DNA of 64,000 bases from Vulcanisaeta sp. JCM 16159 (GCF_001316265.1 NZ_BBDN01000003.1:123339-187338); one strand, 5' to 3'. Shown: positions 20,619-31,577, counted from the stretch's first letter. Program-made: numbers and translations. The notes: generated from the sequence alone by a model not told the origin.

Positions 20619-22375
20619 TTATTGGTTACTTGCCTCCTCACCCTCCTCAGTACTCAGGTAGTAGTAATACTCACCAATACTCCTCTGGAGCCTATCCAGG
20701 TATGAATTCCTCTTATTAATCCTAGGCCTACCTACCTGCGGTTCTCTTCTAAACGTTACGTCTTGGTCCTTCAAGAACTCACTCATCCCAGTCCTCAGGT
20801 CCGTTGGTGGTTGAGCAATGCCATGCTTGCCCGGCTCGCCTGAGAATACCATGACCGACGTACTTAGGTAATCAACCATCGTTATGTCATGCTCAATCAC
20901 CAAAGCCACCACATCCCTCTCCTCAATTATTCTCCTAATGACTGACGCCACCCTAACCCTCTGCTCAATATCCAGGTAGGCCATTGGCTCATCAAGTAGG
21001 TAAACCTCGGCATCCCTAAGCAACGACCCAGCCACAACGACCCTCTGAAGCTCACCACCACTAAGGCTTGATAACTCCCTATCCATTAAGGGTGTTAATG
21101 ATAACCCATTGGCCAGGTCAGGCCATATTATCTTCGACATAAAGTCATTACCTACGATCATAGCTAGGTATTCCCTGACGGTCTTATCACCGTACTTAAC
21201 GGCCAAGTCTCTGACATACTGGGGCTTATAGCTAATCCTTACCTCACCATGCGGTATAACAACCCCCGAGTCAGGCTCTAGCTCATTGACGAGGAGCCTG
21301 GCAAAGGTTGTCTTGCCAATTCCGTTGGGGCCAAGGACGCCGATAACCTCACCCCTATGTATGACTCCAGCCTTAACCTCAAGCTCGAAGTCCCCAAGTC
21401 TCTTCGTTAAGTCAGTCCACTCAAGGAGTACCTTCTCCCTCTGTATAGGCCTTGGGGCTGGCTTAACCCTGAACTTAATTGGTTCCTTCCTAATTAGTGT
21501 ATTCTCACTGGTTAAATAGCCATTGAGGTACTCATTGATTCCCTCCCTGGCACCCTTTATGTGGGATACAATGCCGTAAGCGCCAGGCTTCCCATAGAGA
21601 ATGACCACTTGATCTGCCAGGTAATCTAATACGGCTAGGTCATGGTCAATCACAATTACGTACTTATTACCACCGGTGATATCCTTAATTGCCTCGCAAC
21701 CCTCAATCTCTCAACTATGTCAAGGTGAGTCGTTGGTTCATCAAATATGTAGGTATCGGCATTCTTAAGGAGCGCCGCTGCAATCGCAAGTCTCTGGAGC
21801 TCGCCACCACTCAATTTATTAACGTCTCTATTGAGTAGGTGCGTGAGGTTTAGTTTCTCGGCGATCTTCACCGCATCCTCCTCATTACCACTTATCTTCA
21901 TTAGTATGTCCTTGACGGTACCCCTGACGTACATGGGTATTAACTCAATATATTGAGGCTTATGAACAACCTTAACCTCACCCCTGTAAAGTCTCGTTAG
22001 GTATGGCTGTAACTCCGTACCCCTGAAGAACCTTATTATATCCTCCGTACCCACCTGCGAATTTGTGCATAAGTTAGGCCTTAATTCACCAGCGAGTATT
22101 TTAGCAATCGTTGTCTTACCCATCGCGTTTTGACCAATTATTCCAAGCACCCGACCAAGCTTGGGCATGGGTAACCTAAACAGTTTGAAGCCGCTTGGTC
22201 CGTACTGATGAACGCAGTCCTCGCCCAACTCGCTTGGTAAATTAACAATGGTTATCGCCTCGAAGGGGCACTTCCTAACGCATATACCACAGGCAGTGCA
22301 TAGGTCTGTTATGACTGGATGACCTAACTGCTCATCCATGTATATTGCCCTCTTACCACCCTCACGATTGGGCAA
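20619..22375 (-). CDS. abcE1: ABCE1 / RNase L inhibitor (RLI) ribosome-recycling ATPase; single-base frame break near 21691
   Basis: N-terminal 4Fe-4S (CTACGICVRKCPFEAI) plus NBD1 (GQNAMGKTT, LSGGELQRL, IFDEPTTHLD) in ORF 21656-22375. NBD2 (GPNGIGKTT, LSGGELQRV, LLDEPMAYLD) in ORF 20619-21653. Shifting the frame by +1 at gcgagg|caatt restores the conserved AIKDITGGNKYVIVIDHDLAV junction. Confidence 0.85.
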
Positions 22376-22548
22376 AACCTAATGCACTCTTGGCTGCACT
22401 TCCTTGGCTGGCATAGGTCCTTATCAACGACTGCCACCTTGACGGGCATTATCGACGAATTATGGAGGGGCTAAGTGAAATTAAACCTTATGCCTGGGTA
22501 ATTACGCTGAGAGTAATACTAATAAGATTTGGCGTTACGGCGTGATTA

Positions 22549-23229
22549 ATGAATTTTAGGGTTGAGCGTAAACACCTCTACGTGGCGCTGGTGCTGTACC
22601 TGCTTTATGCTTTGTTAACGGCTTACGTAGCTACAAACGGAGAAAGCAGCCCACTAAATACATACCTATTTTTCGTGGTTTTCAATAACAAGATACCTCA
22701 ACTAACGCCTCTACTCACGGTAATAAGCATCGATGAGTATGGAAGGGCGTTCTTCTGGATACCCGTGGCATTGATACTCTGGTACCTCGGCGGTAGGTAT
22801 AGGAGGGCTAGTGTACTCATGGTTTCAGCTTTCGTGATAAGCCTAGTACTCGGTGAATTAATGAAGCACGTAATGTACGAGCCAAGGCCATTCCTAGTAC
22901 TACACATAATGACGCTAATCCACGAACAACCGGATTCCTCGTATCCATCAGGCCACGCATTAATCGTCAGCACAGGAGCGTATGCGGTAATAATGACGCT
23001 GCCTTGGTACGTATCACTGCCCTTAACCGTGGAGGCATTGCTCGTGTCTTACGGTAGGGTTTACGTCGGAGTCCACTGGCCACTAGATGTTATAGCAGGT
23101 TGGTTATTGGGAATAGCTAATGCTGAGCTTGTACTCGCCCTACCCTGGTACTACGAAATCGTTTACGCAGTAATGAGAAAACTACTTGGTTGGTTGAGCT
23201 ATAGGCCTGAGGGTTCTACGGCTAATTAG
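22549..23229 (+). CDS. PAP2-superfamily membrane phosphatase
   Basis: PAP2 motifs KxxxxxxRP (KHVMYEPRPF), PSGH (SYPSGHA) and SRxxxxxHxxxD-like (YVGVHWPLDVIAG). Several TM segments. Confidence 0.75.
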   Translation: MNFRVERKHLYVALVLYLLYALLTAYVATNGESSPLNTYLFFVVFNNKIPQLTPLLTVISIDEYGRAFFWIPVALILWYLGGRYRRASVLMVSAFVISLVLGELMKHVMYEPRPFLVLHIMTLIHEQPDSSYPSGHALIVSTGAYAVIMTLPWYVSLPLTVEALLVSYGRVYVGVHWPLDVIAGWLLGIANAELVLALPWYYEIVYAVMRKLLGWLSYRPEGSTAN

Positions 23230-23973
23230 GATATAGCCCGTATGAGCATTAACCCAGGTCTGAGGCCTAACCTCATTGGGTTCTGTCTTCCACTCCCTGA
23301 CCATGACATCGAACATCCGGACATCAACGTAACCGTGATCGCTCATTGCCCTAAGCACCTTAATGACTTGGTTGACCGTGGGTACGTAAACCACGAGAAC
23401 CCCATCGGGCCTCAGCGCCTCCGTTGCCCTGGGTATTGCGTTCCAGGGATCACCCATATCCAGGATCACCGCGTCTAAGTCCCTCTCGGCGAATCCGTCA
23501 GTGATTACATCCCTTAGTTTCAATTCAACCCAGTCAAGAAGCTCAAGCATTTCGAGGTTTTTCCTAGCAGTACTTATGGAATCCTCCCTCTTATCATATC
23601 CATAAACTTTACCGCTGGGTCTAATGTAGTAAGCGAGTATGGCGGTCATAAACCCGCTCCCAACGCCGGCCTCCGCAACCCTACTGCCTGGGCCAATACC
23701 TGCATTGATTATTATTTGGGCCGCATCCTTTGGGTAAATAACCTGGGTAACCCTATCAGCCCTCTCGAGTAGGATATCCGTAATTAATGGCCTCAATACA
23801 GCGAGGTCATAGCCCAGGTTGGTTTTTATTAAGGTGCCGTACTCCCGGTTAATAATATCGTCAGTATTTATGATGCCTCTTATCGTGCTTATCCTCGAAC
23901 CCCTAGTTACCCTAATCACTGATCTAACGCCGTCACCAACAATCAATACATAATCTCCCTCCTTAATGGGCAT
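23182..23973 (-). CDS. trmI: tRNA (adenine57/58-N1)-methyltransferase TrmI (Gcd14 family)
   Basis: YPKDAAQIIINAGIGPGSRVAEAGVGSGFMT (SAM motif I), VILDMGDPW and TGYILISRR are collinear with archaeal TrmI. Confidence 0.8.
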   Translation of the reverse strand: MPIKEGDYVLIVGDGVRSVIRVTRGSRISTIRGIINTDDIINREYGTLIKTNLGYDLAVLRPLITDILLERADRVTQVIYPKDAAQIIINAGIGPGSRVAEAGVGSGFMTAILAYYIRPSGKVYGYDKREDSISTARKNLEMLELLDWVELKLRDVITDGFAERDLDAVILDMGDPWNAIPRATEALRPDGVLVVYVPTVNQVIKVLRAMSDHGYVDVRMFDVMVREWKTEPNEVRPQTWVNAHTGYILISRRTLRPIAQPTK

Positions 23974-24006
23974 ACCTCCCTCAAGCCATTGAGTATGTGG
24001 GATTAT

Positions 24007-24607
24007 TTATGGATTTTTACGGGAAGGCTCACCGACGACTTGCTCAATGTATTGCATGAATTCCTCGAGAGTTCCCTTAACCAATCCTTTCTTAAACAAG
24101 TCATTCCACTTATTAATGATTTCCTTAAACTCCGCCTTAGTCTTGATGGAATCCTCTATTGACGAAATTTCAACCTGAAATTCGCGTAGCCACCCTTATT
24201 AATTCCGGGGCAATACCCAAGTGCCTTATCATATACCTCAAACTTAATCACACCGCCATCAAGCCAGTAAATGAATGGGTAGTACCTACATACATTGGCT
24301 TGACTGGGTGCACGGAACAAACCAGTTTATCGCCGACCCACTTATTGAATATGCATGTGCCATCAAGTCTCTTCTTAAGCACAAGGTAATACTCACCATC
24401 CCTAAGCCTTATCACGGGCTCATCCCAATCAGCAGCCATGTCCTTTGGAAATAGGGCGAGGAATTCCCGAGGTCTCATTCTCGTGTACCTGGCAATCCTA
24501 ATAACATCCCTATGCGTCACGGGTATCCAGTAGCGCCTACAGCATTCGCCGCATAATGTACAGGTAAACCTAACCCTTGGGAATTCTGCGCTTATTTTGA
24601 TATTCAT
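24007..24607 (-). CDS. YkgJ/UPF0153-family Fe-S/zinc cluster protein; frame broken twice
   Basis: CTLCGECCRRY motif. After a frame switch the conserved C.YYPF (NVCRYYPFIYW) appears, then a third frame gives the C-terminus KTKAEFKEIINKWNDLFKK...EPSRKNP. Confidence 0.5.
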
Positions 24608-24648
24608 AATAATTTAGGGCAGGTTTTAGAAAGACCTACTTATGAGGA

Positions 24649-25382
24649 TTATGTTTGAGGTGATGATCCCTTAACCTCCTGCAGATACTTACTTACCTCA
24701 TCCGTGGTTAATTTCCTAAACATCTTTGTCTTAACATCAACAACACCTATCTCAAGCCTATCAGGCTCGGGAGCCTCAAGAACAAGGCTTAACGCCCTAA
24801 TGGCGAGCTTCACACAATCGTCGAGGCTCACGTCGTACTTATACTCCTTCTCTAGGAACTCCGTTATTCTAGATGACTCAGCGCCCATGGCGACGGCATA
24901 GAAGCCAAAGTATATACCGCCCGGGTCTGTCTGGAATAGCCTTGGCCCATGCTTATCAACACCACCAACAATTAAGGCGGCGCCGAATGGTCTCACGCCG
25001 CCATACTGCGTATGCATTTGCTTTAGGTCGCTAATTCTCCTAGTTAGTAATTCGACATCTATTGGTTCATCATAAAGTAACTTATGCGTTTGCGCCTCCT
25101 GTCTTGCGTATTCAATGAGTACCCTAGCGTCGGATAGTAAACCCGATGCTGCAATGCCGATGTGGTCATCTATCATGTAAACCTTCTCAATACTGTTTAG
25201 ATCAATTAAGGCGCTAACCTTCCTCTTCTCAGCGGCTAGTACGACACCATCCGCACACTTAATGCCGATAGTGGCCCAACCCCTCTTAACGGCCTCACCA
25301 GCGTACCTAACCTGGTATAGCTCACCCTCTGGCTGAATATTGTTATGGCCCTATCATACCCGTAAACCTGTGGTGAGAACAT
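24649..25382 (-). CDS. psmA: Proteasome alpha subunit (PsmA); single-base frame break at about 25326-25334
   Basis: GYDRAITIFS(P)EGELYQVRYAGEAVKRGWATIGIKCADGVVLAAEKRK is restored by inserting one C into the run agcc|agaggg. It continues MIDDHIGIAASGLLSDARVL... in ORF 24649-25176. Confidence 0.85.
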
Positions 25383-25501
25383 ACCCTTCGTTAATGCCTT
25401 ATCAAGTGGGCTTTTTAAATCAAACCTACTTAATTGTTTATTTTGTGATTGTGACTCACCGCGTAAGCTTTTTAAATTAGTAATCGAGTCCGATATCGGA
25501 T

Positions 25502-26389
25502 ATGAGAATAGCAATATCGGTAAGCAGTGGCTTCGTTTCAGGACCTGGTGAGGGTGATGAGGTGTGGATAGTGGAGGTTAGGGATAATGGTACTTACGAG
25601 GTTATTGAGCGATATGAAAACCCAGCTAAGTACGCCCAGCAGGTTAGGGGCATATTCATGCTAAGGAGTATACTTGAACGTGGAGTTGACACAGTTATAC
25701 TATCCGAGATTGGGCCTCCAGGCTATAGATGGGCGGTTGGGAAGGGCATTAAGATTTACATATTTGAGGGACATGTTGATGATGCAATTAAGGCGTTTAT
25801 TAACGGTGAATTAACTGAGGCGCAGGGGCCAACACATGAAGAGCACCATGGTCACCATAGGCATCATAAACATGTTGAGGAAGAGAGAATTAGTGTGTAT
25901 GAGATTCTTAAGCCCTACGTGAGTAATGGAATGATTATTGCAGACCTGGGCTGTGGTGAGGGTTACTACTGCGATTTCTTCAGGGTATATGCATCAAGAC
26001 TTTATTGCGTTGATATTGATGAGACAGCGATCGAGGAGGTTCGTAGAAGGTTCGGTAACTACGGCAATATAACCATACTTAATGAAGATATTATTAACAC
26101 ATCAATACCGAGTGATAGCGTTGACCTTGCCTTCATGTCCAACGTATTTCATGATATTGAGGATAAGGAGGCAGTCGTTAAAGAGGTAAATAGGATACTG
26201 AAGCCTGGCGGTAGGTTAATAATCATCGAGTTTAAGAAAGACGTAATGTTTGGACCACCATTTAAGCTCAGACCCGAGGAGGTTGAGCAGTACTTCAATA
26301 AATGGGGCTTTATCAGAGAAGACTATGCAGAGGTTTCTCCTTATCATTACATGCTGGTCCTTAGAAAGACAAGGTTAGGTGCAGATTGA
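25502..26389 (+). CDS. Fusion protein: NifX/NifB-type dinitrogenase FeMo-cofactor-binding-like domain + His-rich linker + class I SAM-dependent methyltransferase
   Basis: N-terminus MRIAISVSSG...GVDTVILSEIGPPGYRWAVGKGIKIY (DUF134/NifX-B fold). HEEHHGHHRHHKH linker. C-terminal ADLGCGEGYY (motif I), LKPGGRLIIIEF (motif post-II). Confidence 0.6.
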   Translation: MRIAISVSSGFVSGPGEGDEVWIVEVRDNGTYEVIERYENPAKYAQQVRGIFMLRSILERGVDTVILSEIGPPGYRWAVGKGIKIYIFEGHVDDAIKAFINGELTEAQGPTHEEHHGHHRHHKHVEEERISVYEILKPYVSNGMIIADLGCGEGYYCDFFRVYASRLYCVDIDETAIEEVRRRFGNYGNITILNEDIINTSIPSDSVDLAFMSNVFHDIEDKEAVVKEVNRILKPGGRLIIIEFKKDVMFGPPFKLRPEEVEQYFNKWGFIREDYAEVSPYHYMLVLRKTRLGAD

Positions 26390-26506
26390 ATATATTTTGC
26401 TACGGTTTAAATATAGGTATAAATAGTTCAAAAATTAAATGATAAGAAATGATTTGCAAGCCCGATTGGCTTATTCGGTATAAGGATGTCATTAATGAAT
26501 TAAGGC

Positions 26507-27118
26507 TTGCCCTATATGAATTCGAGAATGGGAGTCTTGACTTTCAATTTTTTTATTAATAGGATAAATAAGTCATTGATCAATTGCGGATATGGTCCTA
26601 TAAAAGTCGTGGTTTCCGACTTCATGACAGGCATTTTCGGAGCCTATGCGGTTTATATACCTCGTAGATCAGGATCTATGATGTACATCTCCACAGAACT
26701 TATGAAAAGGCCAAGGCCATTACTTGGTAGGATATTGATGCATGAGGTTTTTCATCACGTACTTTACCAGAATCCCCCATCATTATTATTCAAAATAGCG
26801 CCAAGAAAAATTGAGCCATTTATTCTCATATCCATACCACTAATAACCATTATTACCTTAACCATGATTTTCAACGATATATCCTATAGCTTTTTACCCT
26901 ATATTATTGCTGTTTCGTCGATAACATTGATATCAATAACGGCCATATTGATAAAGGCATTAAATGAACATGAGTTAGTGGCCACGGCCTTAGTAATTTA
27001 TCTATTAACTAACGAGTGGGTTAAGGATTGGGCGTATTACCACGATGAGAATGCATTGATGAGTATTAAATGGAGAGTAAGCACAATGCCTAAGGGAGTC
27101 GTTGTGGCACAAAGATAA
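26507..27118 (+). CDS. Putative membrane zinc metallopeptidase (HExxH) of unknown family
   Basis: ILMHEVFHHV HExxH motif followed by 3-4 hydrophobic TM segments. Stop overlaps the start region of the downstream HAD phosphatase ORF. Confidence 0.4.
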   Translation: MPYMNSRMGVLTFNFFINRINKSLINCGYGPIKVVVSDFMTGIFGAYAVYIPRRSGSMMYISTELMKRPRPLLGRILMHEVFHHVLYQNPPSLLFKIAPRKIEPFILISIPLITIITLTMIFNDISYSFLPYIIAVSSITLISITAILIKALNEHELVATALVIYLLTNEWVKDWAYYHDENALMSIKWRVSTMPKGVVVAQR

Positions 27119-27146
27119 AAAAAATAGGATTGGTGTTTGGGATTCG

Positions 27147-27854
27147 ATGATCAAGCTCGTACTACTTGATATTGATGGCACCCTAACGAGGGATAGGAAT
27201 ACCGAGGCCCTTGATCCCGACGCAATCGCTGCAGTGCAAGAACTTGTGGGTAACTACATCGTTGGCTTAGTAACGGGTAATGCATTGATAGTTACCCAAG
27301 CCCTCTCCCGTTACATAGGCCTACCTAGGGGATCACCTCTTATTGCCGAGAATGGATGCATTGTTGATTATAAGAGTGAGGTTCACGAATTATGCGAGGA
27401 CTTAAACTTGAGGGAGATCGCGTTAAGTCTAATGAAAATGATACCGGACCTAAGGCCTACGTATCAATTCAATTACAGGAAATTCGACATAACATTATGG
27501 GCGCCCAGGGATCCCTACGAATTAGTGGAGGATGTTAGGGATAAATTGAAAAGAATGAACCTAGACAGTAAGGTGAAGGTTTCCCACAGCGGCTATGCTC
27601 TACACCTACAGCCGATTAATTCAAGTAAGGCCGTGGCCGTTAAGTACCTCTGTGACACGATAGGTATATCCTGTAATGACACTGTTTATGTGGGTGACAG
27701 TGATACGGATATTGATGTAATGGACGTTGTGGGTTACGGAGTTGCAGTATCAAATGCGACGGATAAACTTAAGAGAAGGGCTAAGATAGTGCTTGATAAG
27801 CCAAGCGGTAAGGGAGTTGCTGATTTCCTAAGGAATTACCTGCCAAGATTATGA
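27147..27854 (+). CDS. HAD-IIB phosphatase (archaeal phosphoglycolate phosphatase / Cof-like)
   Basis: MIKLVLLDIDGTLT (motif I DxDGT), GLVTGN (motif II) and VGDSDTDIDVM (motif IV). The listed ORF begins earlier at 27102, but MIKL at 27147 is the likely start. Confidence 0.7.
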   Translation: MIKLVLLDIDGTLTRDRNTEALDPDAIAAVQELVGNYIVGLVTGNALIVTQALSRYIGLPRGSPLIAENGCIVDYKSEVHELCEDLNLREIALSLMKMIPDLRPTYQFNYRKFDITLWAPRDPYELVEDVRDKLKRMNLDSKVKVSHSGYALHLQPINSSKAVAVKYLCDTIGISCNDTVYVGDSDTDIDVMDVVGYGVAVSNATDKLKRRAKIVLDKPSGKGVADFLRNYLPRL

Positions 27855-28563
27855 TTTTTTTGAACATCATTAATAAGTAATTATAGGCGTTCTCAACGTT
27901 GAAGTTATTCCTAGTAAAATCCCTAAAATCACCATACCTCCTAACAAAGTCATTATCTAATCCCTTAACGGTATCATTCCACAATGATTTACCTAAGCCC
28001 ATATTCCCCGCTAGCTCAATACTGAGTGGTACATCAAGTGCCAATGCCATTATCGCACAATCAATAGTTTGTTCGCAAGTCATTAGTACATTCCTTAACT
28101 CATCCCTATTAAATGCATTAATCATGTATTGAATCAATAACTGTGATTTAGCTATTACGAAATCAACGGTTCTCCTAAGCATGGCCAATGATACCCTGTA
28201 CATCACATTATCATTTATACCCTGTGGTATGATCCACATACTGACTAGTTCCGGGTCGTTCAAAACCTTTACTAGGGCAACTTCCCGCAATGCGATAATC
28301 CTGGCATCCTCCTTCAATCGAAGCAGTTCACTTGGTAGTACAGATATGATAGACCGCCCCTCAGCATCGATGTACTTAATGGGCCACTCCTCATGCGTCA
28401 CCTCCTTAAGGCCGAGAGCCTCCCTTACCCTATTGTGGTTATCTGTTATGTAAATAATAATATCATCACATGGAACCCCGAGTTCCTTAATGGCCCATAT
28501 AATTAATTCCTTAACCTTATTTAATTCATTGTCCGGAATACTTACTAATTGTATTATCTCCAT
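27781..28563 (-). CDS. Hypothetical protein (260 aa)
   Basis: Clean ORF of protein-like composition. Its 3' end overlaps the phosphatase 3' end convergently by about 74 bp. Confidence 0.4.
   Translation of the reverse strand: MEIIQLVSIPDNELNKVKELIIWAIKELGVPCDDIIIYITDNHNRVREALGLKEVTHEEWPIKYIDAEGRSIISVLPSELLRLKEDARIIALREVALVKVLNDPELVSMWIIPQGINDNVMYRVSLAMLRRTVDFVIAKSQLLIQYMINAFNRDELRNVLMTCEQTIDCAIMALALDVPLSIELAGNMGLGKSLWNDTVKGLDNDFVRRYGDFRDFTRNNFNVENAYNYLLMMFKKIIILAGNSLGNQQLPYRLAYQALS
27855..27862 (+). terminator. Oligo-T tract (ttttttt) immediately after the phosphatase stop; candidate archaeal intrinsic terminator
   Basis: T7 run directly 3' of TGA. Confidence 0.3.
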
Positions 28564-28638
28564 TTTTGGCGTATTGTTTTACTTAGGGTTAATAATCCTT
28601 AACTGGAATCAGGATAAAAATACAAATGAGAATCTTAA

Positions 28639-30310
28639 TTGGCAGTAAAAGCTTTTAAAGGAACTATACCCCTGCATTCATTAATGGTATTACCAAAGTA
28701 CGATGTTGTAATAACCACAGACCGCTCAATGATGAGTAATTATCACGGTAAGGAGTTCCTGGGATTCGTGACGACAGGGCCATTATTCATAACAGTAGGT
28801 CCATTCAGGAAGCTTGGCGAGTGGATTCATGAGTACATAGCGATGCCTAAGATGAAGGTTGATAAATACGGTAGGCCGTATCAAGCGCCCTACGGCATGA
28901 GGAAGATAGAGGCCGCGCTGCTTGATGCGGGTATAAATGCCGCAATAATTGACCCAGACTACGTGCATAAGTACATACCCAATGCCAAGATGCTCATGCT
29001 CAGTCACCATGATTACTTCGGACTTAATCCACCATCATCGACCTGGTCAGCAATTGTTGGCAAAGAACCACTCAATGCGTACTCATTCAGGAGGTTCATG
29101 ATGAGGATTAGGCCATACATAATGGATGCCAAGAGCAGGAATGGACTTAAGGTGGTGGTTGGCGGCCCAGCGGCATGGCAGTGGTTATACCTGCCAGAGC
29201 TCATGGACTTCTTTGGGGTTGATACGGTATTTGATGGTGAGGGCGAGAGACTCGTCGTTGACCTTGTAAAGAGAATGCTCAATAATGAGTCTGTGCCTCG
29301 ATACGTATATGTTGGTGTGAATGATGTGCCAAGTATTGATGAGATACCGACTATTAAGTACCCTGCCGTTAATGGCTTCATAGAAATAGGTAGAGGATGC
29401 CCGAGAGGCTGTGCTTTCTGCCCGGTTACAATAAGGCCGCTTAGGTGTACTCGCTCGAGAAGATCGAGGAGGAACTGAAGCTTCATGTTAAGTACGGCAT
29501 AGTACATGGCCTAATACACTCAGATGATGTGCCACTGTATGGATCGACAGGCGTTGAGCTTAATCCCGATAAATTGATTAAACTACACCAACTCGTTAAG
29601 AGGTATTACCTAACAATGGCCTGGAGCCACACGACATTGGCATCAGTATTAACAGCAGAAAAGAAACACAATAAGTTGCTACGAAAATTGCCGAGATAAT
29701 TGAGGATGAGCACCAGGACTGGTGGGGCGCACAGGTGGGCCTGGAGACGGGTTCAAGGAGGTTAGCCAAGGTCATAATGCCCGGCAAGGCCGCGCCGTTT
29801 AAGATTGAGGATTGGTGGGACGTTGTTGAGGAGGCATTGGGCGTGATGCATGATATTAAGCTCATACCTGCTCTAACAGTGATTGTAGGATTACCTGGTG
29901 AGACGGAGGATGACGTTATGGAGACGATAGAACTACTCGATAGGATAAGGCCATATAGGAGCTTGGTTGTGCCCATGTTCTACGTCCCCATGAACACATA
30001 AGCTGAGAAGGACGGCTGGATAATCAAGTACAACCTAATGCCTGAGCACATTGAGTTAATGAAGAAGATGTTCGAGCACAGTATATACTGGGCTAAGGAC
30101 ATTGTGAACCACTTCTACTTAAAGGGCCCGCAGTACTGGCCGGTTAGGGCTGCCGTTAATTACTTCATGAATTACGTGGAGAAGAGGGTTAGGGCCTTAT
30201 ACGATAGGCTCGACCAAATCGCCGCTGAGATTAAGAATAGAAAGCTAGTTTCAAAGGTAGAGGCTCCCAAGCTCATGGAGTTATACACATCATCTAGTAA
30301 TGAGGATTAA
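28639..30310 (+). CDS. B12-binding-domain / radical SAM protein (MJ_1487-like); two frame breaks and one in-frame TAA
   Basis: EIGRGCPRGCAFCPV (CxxxCxxC) in ORF 28639-29478, followed by fragments 29445-29699 and 29735-30001 (VGLPGETEDD). TAA at 29999-30001 separates ...MFYVPMNT from the collinear AEKDGWIIKYNLMPEHIELMKK... in 30038-30310. Confidence 0.6.
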
Positions 30311-30312
30311 GG

Positions 30313-30855
30313 CTAGGTCCTCATTAATTCCTGCATTTTAATTAATTCGTGGCTTGTGAATATTACCCTGGCCTCATTAATACCCACGTTTCTGAAGGTC
30401 TCAAAGCTCTCCCATGGGTATATAATGTAGACCCACCTAACCCACTTATAGGCGTAATAGTCAGGTACATACCTGCTCGTTATTGCTTTGTAATCAAGAA
30501 CGGCAGTCCTAACTTCCCTGGCGCCAAGACCTATTAATACCTCCCTAGCAGTGCTAAGTGTTAAGCCTGAATCACTAACGTCATCCACCAATAGCACATT
30601 GAGATTCCTAAGGGTAATGCTTGGTTTATACTTAATGGCAATACTATCCTTAGCCCTACCAAAGTTCCAATGCGTTAACTGCATAAGATCGGTGGGTATT
30701 CCAAGTATATCGGACATTAATGACGCAATGACAACACCACCCTTGGAAATACCTATTAACGCATCAGGCTGGAAATTACTCCTTAAAATATCCTGGACCA
30801 ATTTTAAGACGCCCTTTTCGATATCTTCCCACTTATACCGGTGATAATCCGCCAT
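30313..30855 (-). CDS. Type I phosphoribosyltransferase (purine PRTase-like)
   Basis: PRPP-binding motif VLLVDDVSDSGLTL. The size matches archaeal hypoxanthine/xanthine-guanine PRTases. Confidence 0.65.
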   Translation of the reverse strand: MADYHRYKWEDIEKGVLKLVQDILRSNFQPDALIGISKGGVVIASLMSDILGIPTDLMQLTHWNFGRAKDSIAIKYKPSITLRNLNVLLVDDVSDSGLTLSTAREVLIGLGAREVRTAVLDYKAITSRYVPDYYAYKWVRWVYIIYPWESFETFRNVGINEARVIFTSHELIKMQELMRT

Positions 30856-30984
30856 TATAACCCGTGAAAAGGGTGGGTTTATAAACCAATCGTTTTACGT
30901 ATTTAAATAAATACTTCGAGCTATGGCATCGCGATACACGGGATACCTAAGGTATTTATATACAGATGATGCTTGGGAAAATAA

Positions 30985-31500
30985 ATGATTAATAGGTACC
31001 AGGTAATGATCATTTCGGGAATACTGATAATATTAGCTTCATCAATACCAATATACTACTCTCACTGGGAATCGGCGATTTCGTATAACCATGTTAATGC
31101 AACAACATGCATAGAGGTTTTGGATAATATAATCAATGGTTCATTAACTGGCAATAGAATAAATGAGGTTATAAAGTCCCTGGACCAATCATTACTTATT
31201 TCAATTGAGGTAAACATAGAGTATACAAATGGTTCGAGTGTGACCTACGGCTATTACACACCGATTGGGGCAAGTGGCGTGGCAATAGCACCAATGATCT
31301 CCGGCAATATCGAGATTTTCGGCAGGACCCACTGCGCATATATGGGTCGTGATTACGTGATTAATGTGTTCATTGGGCAATACGTGACAGCACTATACCT
31401 ATTTAGTATTGGGATTGTGCTTATAATCGTGGGTTTCGTAATGATTGCATTAGGTGATTATTTAAAGGATAAACGTAATCGCCGGCGTTTTGGTCAATAG
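30985..31500 (+). CDS. Hypothetical membrane protein (TM at both termini)
   Basis: 171-aa ORF with hydrophobic N- and C-terminal segments. Confidence 0.35.
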   Translation: MINRYQVMIISGILIILASSIPIYYSHWESAISYNHVNATTCIEVLDNIINGSLTGNRINEVIKSLDQSLLISIEVNIEYTNGSSVTYGYYTPIGASGVAIAPMISGNIEIFGRTHCAYMGRDYVINVFIGQYVTALYLFSIGIVLIIVGFVMIALGDYLKDKRNRRRFGQ

Positions 31501-31577
31501 TTTAATAATTAATAATACGATATTAACCCATTATTGGTAAAATAAGTTTATTAATGGCCCTGTAAATTTAATAACTA

